Source: a virus
Lineage: Duplodnaviria > Heunggongvirae > Uroviricota > Caudoviricetes
Length of the DNA stretch: 9,244 nucleotides
Reading direction: 5' to 3' (one strand)
IMG/VR virus record: IMGVR_UViG_2778261537_000007
In this document: in pieces, positions 7,896-9,244 of the stretch
Numbering within the stretch: the stretch's first letter is position 1
Layout: each line of letters opens with the position of its first letter
Program-made: the position numbers and the translations under genes
Notes under the pieces: generated by a model
Told to the model about the DNA's origin: nothing
Databases searched by the model: none
What the model saw: only the letters and a program-made list of their open reading frames with translations

Positions 7896-8015
7896 ACAAC
7901 ATTTCGAGAACAGTTTTCATTAGCGGTCAGCAGGCGCTAGATACATCGAATTGATGTGCCGCGCGATAAATGTACCTATTCTATCAAGATAAATTACACC
8001 GACGCGGCATTAGAA

Positions 8016-8588
8016 TTACAGCTCAGATTGAGTTTGGCGCTTCTCTACAGGATGATAACGATAAATCGTCGATACACCGATATCGTAAATAATTGCCAAC
8101 TGTTTCCTGCTGTAGCCATTTTCGATCAACCTCGCTATTTGCTCATGTTGTTCTTTTGTCAACTTCGGGCGACGTCCGCCAATGCGTCCCTGTTCGCGTG
8201 CAGCTGCCAGTCCGGCCAGTGTTCTCTCAACAATTAATTCACGTTCCATTTCTGCTAAAGCACCCATGACATGAAAAAAGAAACGCCCCATGGGTGTTGA
8301 TGTGTCAATACTGTCTGTCAGACTACGGAAATTAACACCTTTTTCCCGCAACTCCTCTATAAGCGTGATAAGGTGTTTCATACTTCTGCCAAGCCTATCC
8401 AGCTTCCAGACAACCAGCGTATCTCCTTCTGATAACGTTCTGAGCAGCTTTTTCAAGCCTGGTCTGGCTGACTTTGTTCCGCTTATTTTATCTTCAAAAA
8501 TCAGTTCACATCCTGCGCAGTTCAGTGCATTTCTTTGTAAATCTGTGTTTTGGTCATTTGTTGACACACGAATGTAGCCAATTTGCAT
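8016..8588 (-). CDS. serine DNA invertase (Hin/Gin/Cin/Pin/Min family resolvase-invertase)
   Basis: N-terminus MQIGYIRVSTNDQNTDLQ with the catalytic-Ser context, plus VVWKLDRLGRS, FRSLTDSIDTSTPMGRFFFHVMGALAEMERE, GRIGGRRPK and a C-terminal HTH-like region. ORF track starts at TTG 8597; I prefer ATG 8588-8586 (AGG 9 nt upstream), giving 190 aa. Stop TAA 8018-8016. Confidence 0.93.
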   Translation of the reverse strand: MQIGYIRVSTNDQNTDLQRNALNCAGCELIFEDKISGTKSARPGLKKLLRTLSEGDTLVVWKLDRLGRSMKHLITLIEELREKGVNFRSLTDSIDTSTPMGRFFFHVMGALAEMERELIVERTLAGLAAAREQGRIGGRRPKLTKEQHEQIARLIENGYSRKQLAIIYDIGVSTIYRYHPVEKRQTQSEL

Positions 8589-8610
8589 GAAAAACAACCT
8601 CTTTGTTTAG

Positions 8611-8640
8611 TTAAAAATACATCGTTGGTATAGGTAGGGA
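8611..8640. repeat. degenerate tandem copy of the crossover-like site, between the invertase start and site A
   Basis: At a fixed 30-bp offset, 8611-8640 matches 8641-8670 at 20 of 30 positions, including the CGTTGGT core (8623-8629 versus 8653-8659). Confidence 0.5.
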
Positions 8641-8642
8641 TT

Positions 8643-8668
8643 AAGACTAAAACGTTGGTTTAGGGGAA
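8643..8668 (+). other. putative invertase crossover site A at the 5' boundary of tail-fibre segment 1
   Basis: AAGACTAAAACG-TT-GGTTTAGGGGAA, an imperfect palindrome (CTAAA/TTTAG arms). The right half resembles the GGTTT-type half-sites I recall for hix/gix. Contains the in-frame TAA (8648-8650) immediately before the segment's first codon. Confidence 0.55.
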
Positions 8669-9163
8669 GGCTCGGCGCTGCCCGTTGGTGTACCTATTCC
8701 ATGGCCCTCAGCCACACCGCCAACGGGGTGGCTGAAATGCAATGGTGCAGCATTTTCTTCTGAAAAGTACCCAAATCTGGCAAAGGTTTACCCAACGTTA
8801 AAATTACCTGATTTACGCGGTGAATTTATCCGTGGCTGGGATGATGGGCGCGGGGTGGATGCTGGCCGCGCTTTGCTTAATTGGCAGCCACACACAATTT
8901 TGGACCATGCACACTATATGGAATTATGGACAGGGGACGGACTCGCCGCAGGAAGTGCACGGGAAGGCGTAAATCCAGGAATACTAGCTACATACGGTGA
9001 CGGGGGAATAGTTAAAACGGACGAACCCGGTCATAAGGTGCCTTCCTCACTACGAGCTATTAGCTCTCGTAGTGTTAAACGTTATGGTGAAATTAGTGGA
9101 AATGTAGGTACAGAAACTCGCCCTCGCAACGTTGCATTTAATTACATCGTAAGGGCGGCATAA
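8651..9163 (+). CDS. tail-fibre C-terminal (receptor-binding type) variable segment 1; promoterless, start-codon-less cassette
   Basis: Open frame from the TAA at 8648-8650 to TAA 9161-9163 (170 codons). Translation contains …YPNLAKVYPTLKLPDLRGEFIRGWDDGRGVDAGRALLNWQ…, the motif I recognise from invertible tail-fibre C-terminal domains. The ORF track's 8855 GTG start is inside this domain. Confidence 0.8.
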   Translation, partial: NVGLGEGSALPVGVPIPWPSATPPTGWLKCNGAAFSSEKYPNLAKVYPTLKLPDLRGEFIRGWDDGRGVDAGRALLNWQPHTILDHAHYMELWTGDGLAAGSAREGVNPGILATYGDGGIVKTDEPGHKVPSSLRAISSRSVKRYGEISGNVGTETRPRNVAFNYIVRAA

Positions 9164-9182
9164 AAACGTTGGATTTGGAGAA
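9157..9182 (+). other. putative invertase crossover site B at the segment 1 / segment 2 boundary
   Basis: GGCATAAAAACG-TT-GGATTTGGAGAA matches site A at 18 of 26 positions with an identical 10-bp core AAAACGTTGG. It holds the stop codon of segment 1 and opens segment 2 in the same codon register. Confidence 0.55.
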
Positions 9183-9244
9183 CGGTTACTGGAGGCTGAT
9201 GGGTACTTTGAATTACCGGGAGGATTGCTGCTGCAATGGGGGCA
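9165..9244 (+). CDS. start of a second tail-fibre C-terminal segment (partial, runs off the window)
   Basis: From 9165 the frame reads NVGFGERLLEADGYFELPGGLLLQWG with no stop to the window edge. It begins with the same N-V-G-x-G-E junction as segment 1. Confidence 0.5.

Noticed and set aside
7959-8008. GCCGCG…CGCGGC inverted repeat just downstream of the invertase stop, considered as a terminator
   Set aside because: The loop is about 35 nt and there is no trailing T-run, so it is not a canonical intrinsic terminator. It contains a GATAAAT direct repeat of unknown meaning.
8290-8577. Plus-strand 95-codon ORF
   Set aside because: Antisense to the strongly supported invertase gene; its translation has no recognisable features.
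9126-9135. Perfect 10-bp palindrome GCAACGTTGC (and CCAACGTT at 8792-8799) resembling the crossover core
   Set aside because: These are short and lie inside the coding segment. The 8792 match is only 8 bp, which is expected by chance in 9 kb. The 9126 copy shares 12 of 20 positions with site B, so it may be a quasi-site, but the evidence is too weak to call.
8855-9163. ORF-track GTG start at 8855 as an independent 102-aa gene
   Set aside because: The same frame is open and domain-like back to 8651 (…LPDLRGEFIRGWDDGRG spans the supposed start). This is an internal Val codon of a cassette segment, not a start.
1-9244. Scan for CRISPR arrays, tRNA or rRNA genes, and IS or transposon ends
   Set aside because: No regularly spaced direct repeats with spacers, no cloverleaf-like conserved tRNA motifs, and no transposase ORF or terminal inverted repeats were seen. 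The only recombinase is the serine invertase.

Overview
This window looks like a segment of a P1-family temperate phage or plasmid-prophage. The minus strand carries one tightly packed, translationally coupled operon (7580 down to 303): a small membrane protein, a holin-like gene, an antiholin-like gene, then hdf/darA/ddrA/ddrB-like capsid-internal antirestriction (Dar) genes and a small acidic ORF. Gene names are assigned from size, order and an internal DarA/Hdf paralogy, not from a database search. To the right lies a lower-GC module: a decayed 5' fragment of a Cin-like invertase gene (plus strand, with in-frame stops, ending at a perfect palindrome), then an intact serine DNA invertase (minus strand), then the start of a tail-fibre cassette array. 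That array has two direct copies of a ~26-bp site with a shared AAAACGTTGG core, each opening a start-codon-less tail-fibre C-terminal coding segment in the same reading register. I read this as a multi-site DNA-inversion system for host-range variation, comparable in principle to Min of p15B, Cin of P1 and Gin of Mu; I cannot establish novelty from sequence alone. No tRNA, rRNA or CRISPR array was seen.
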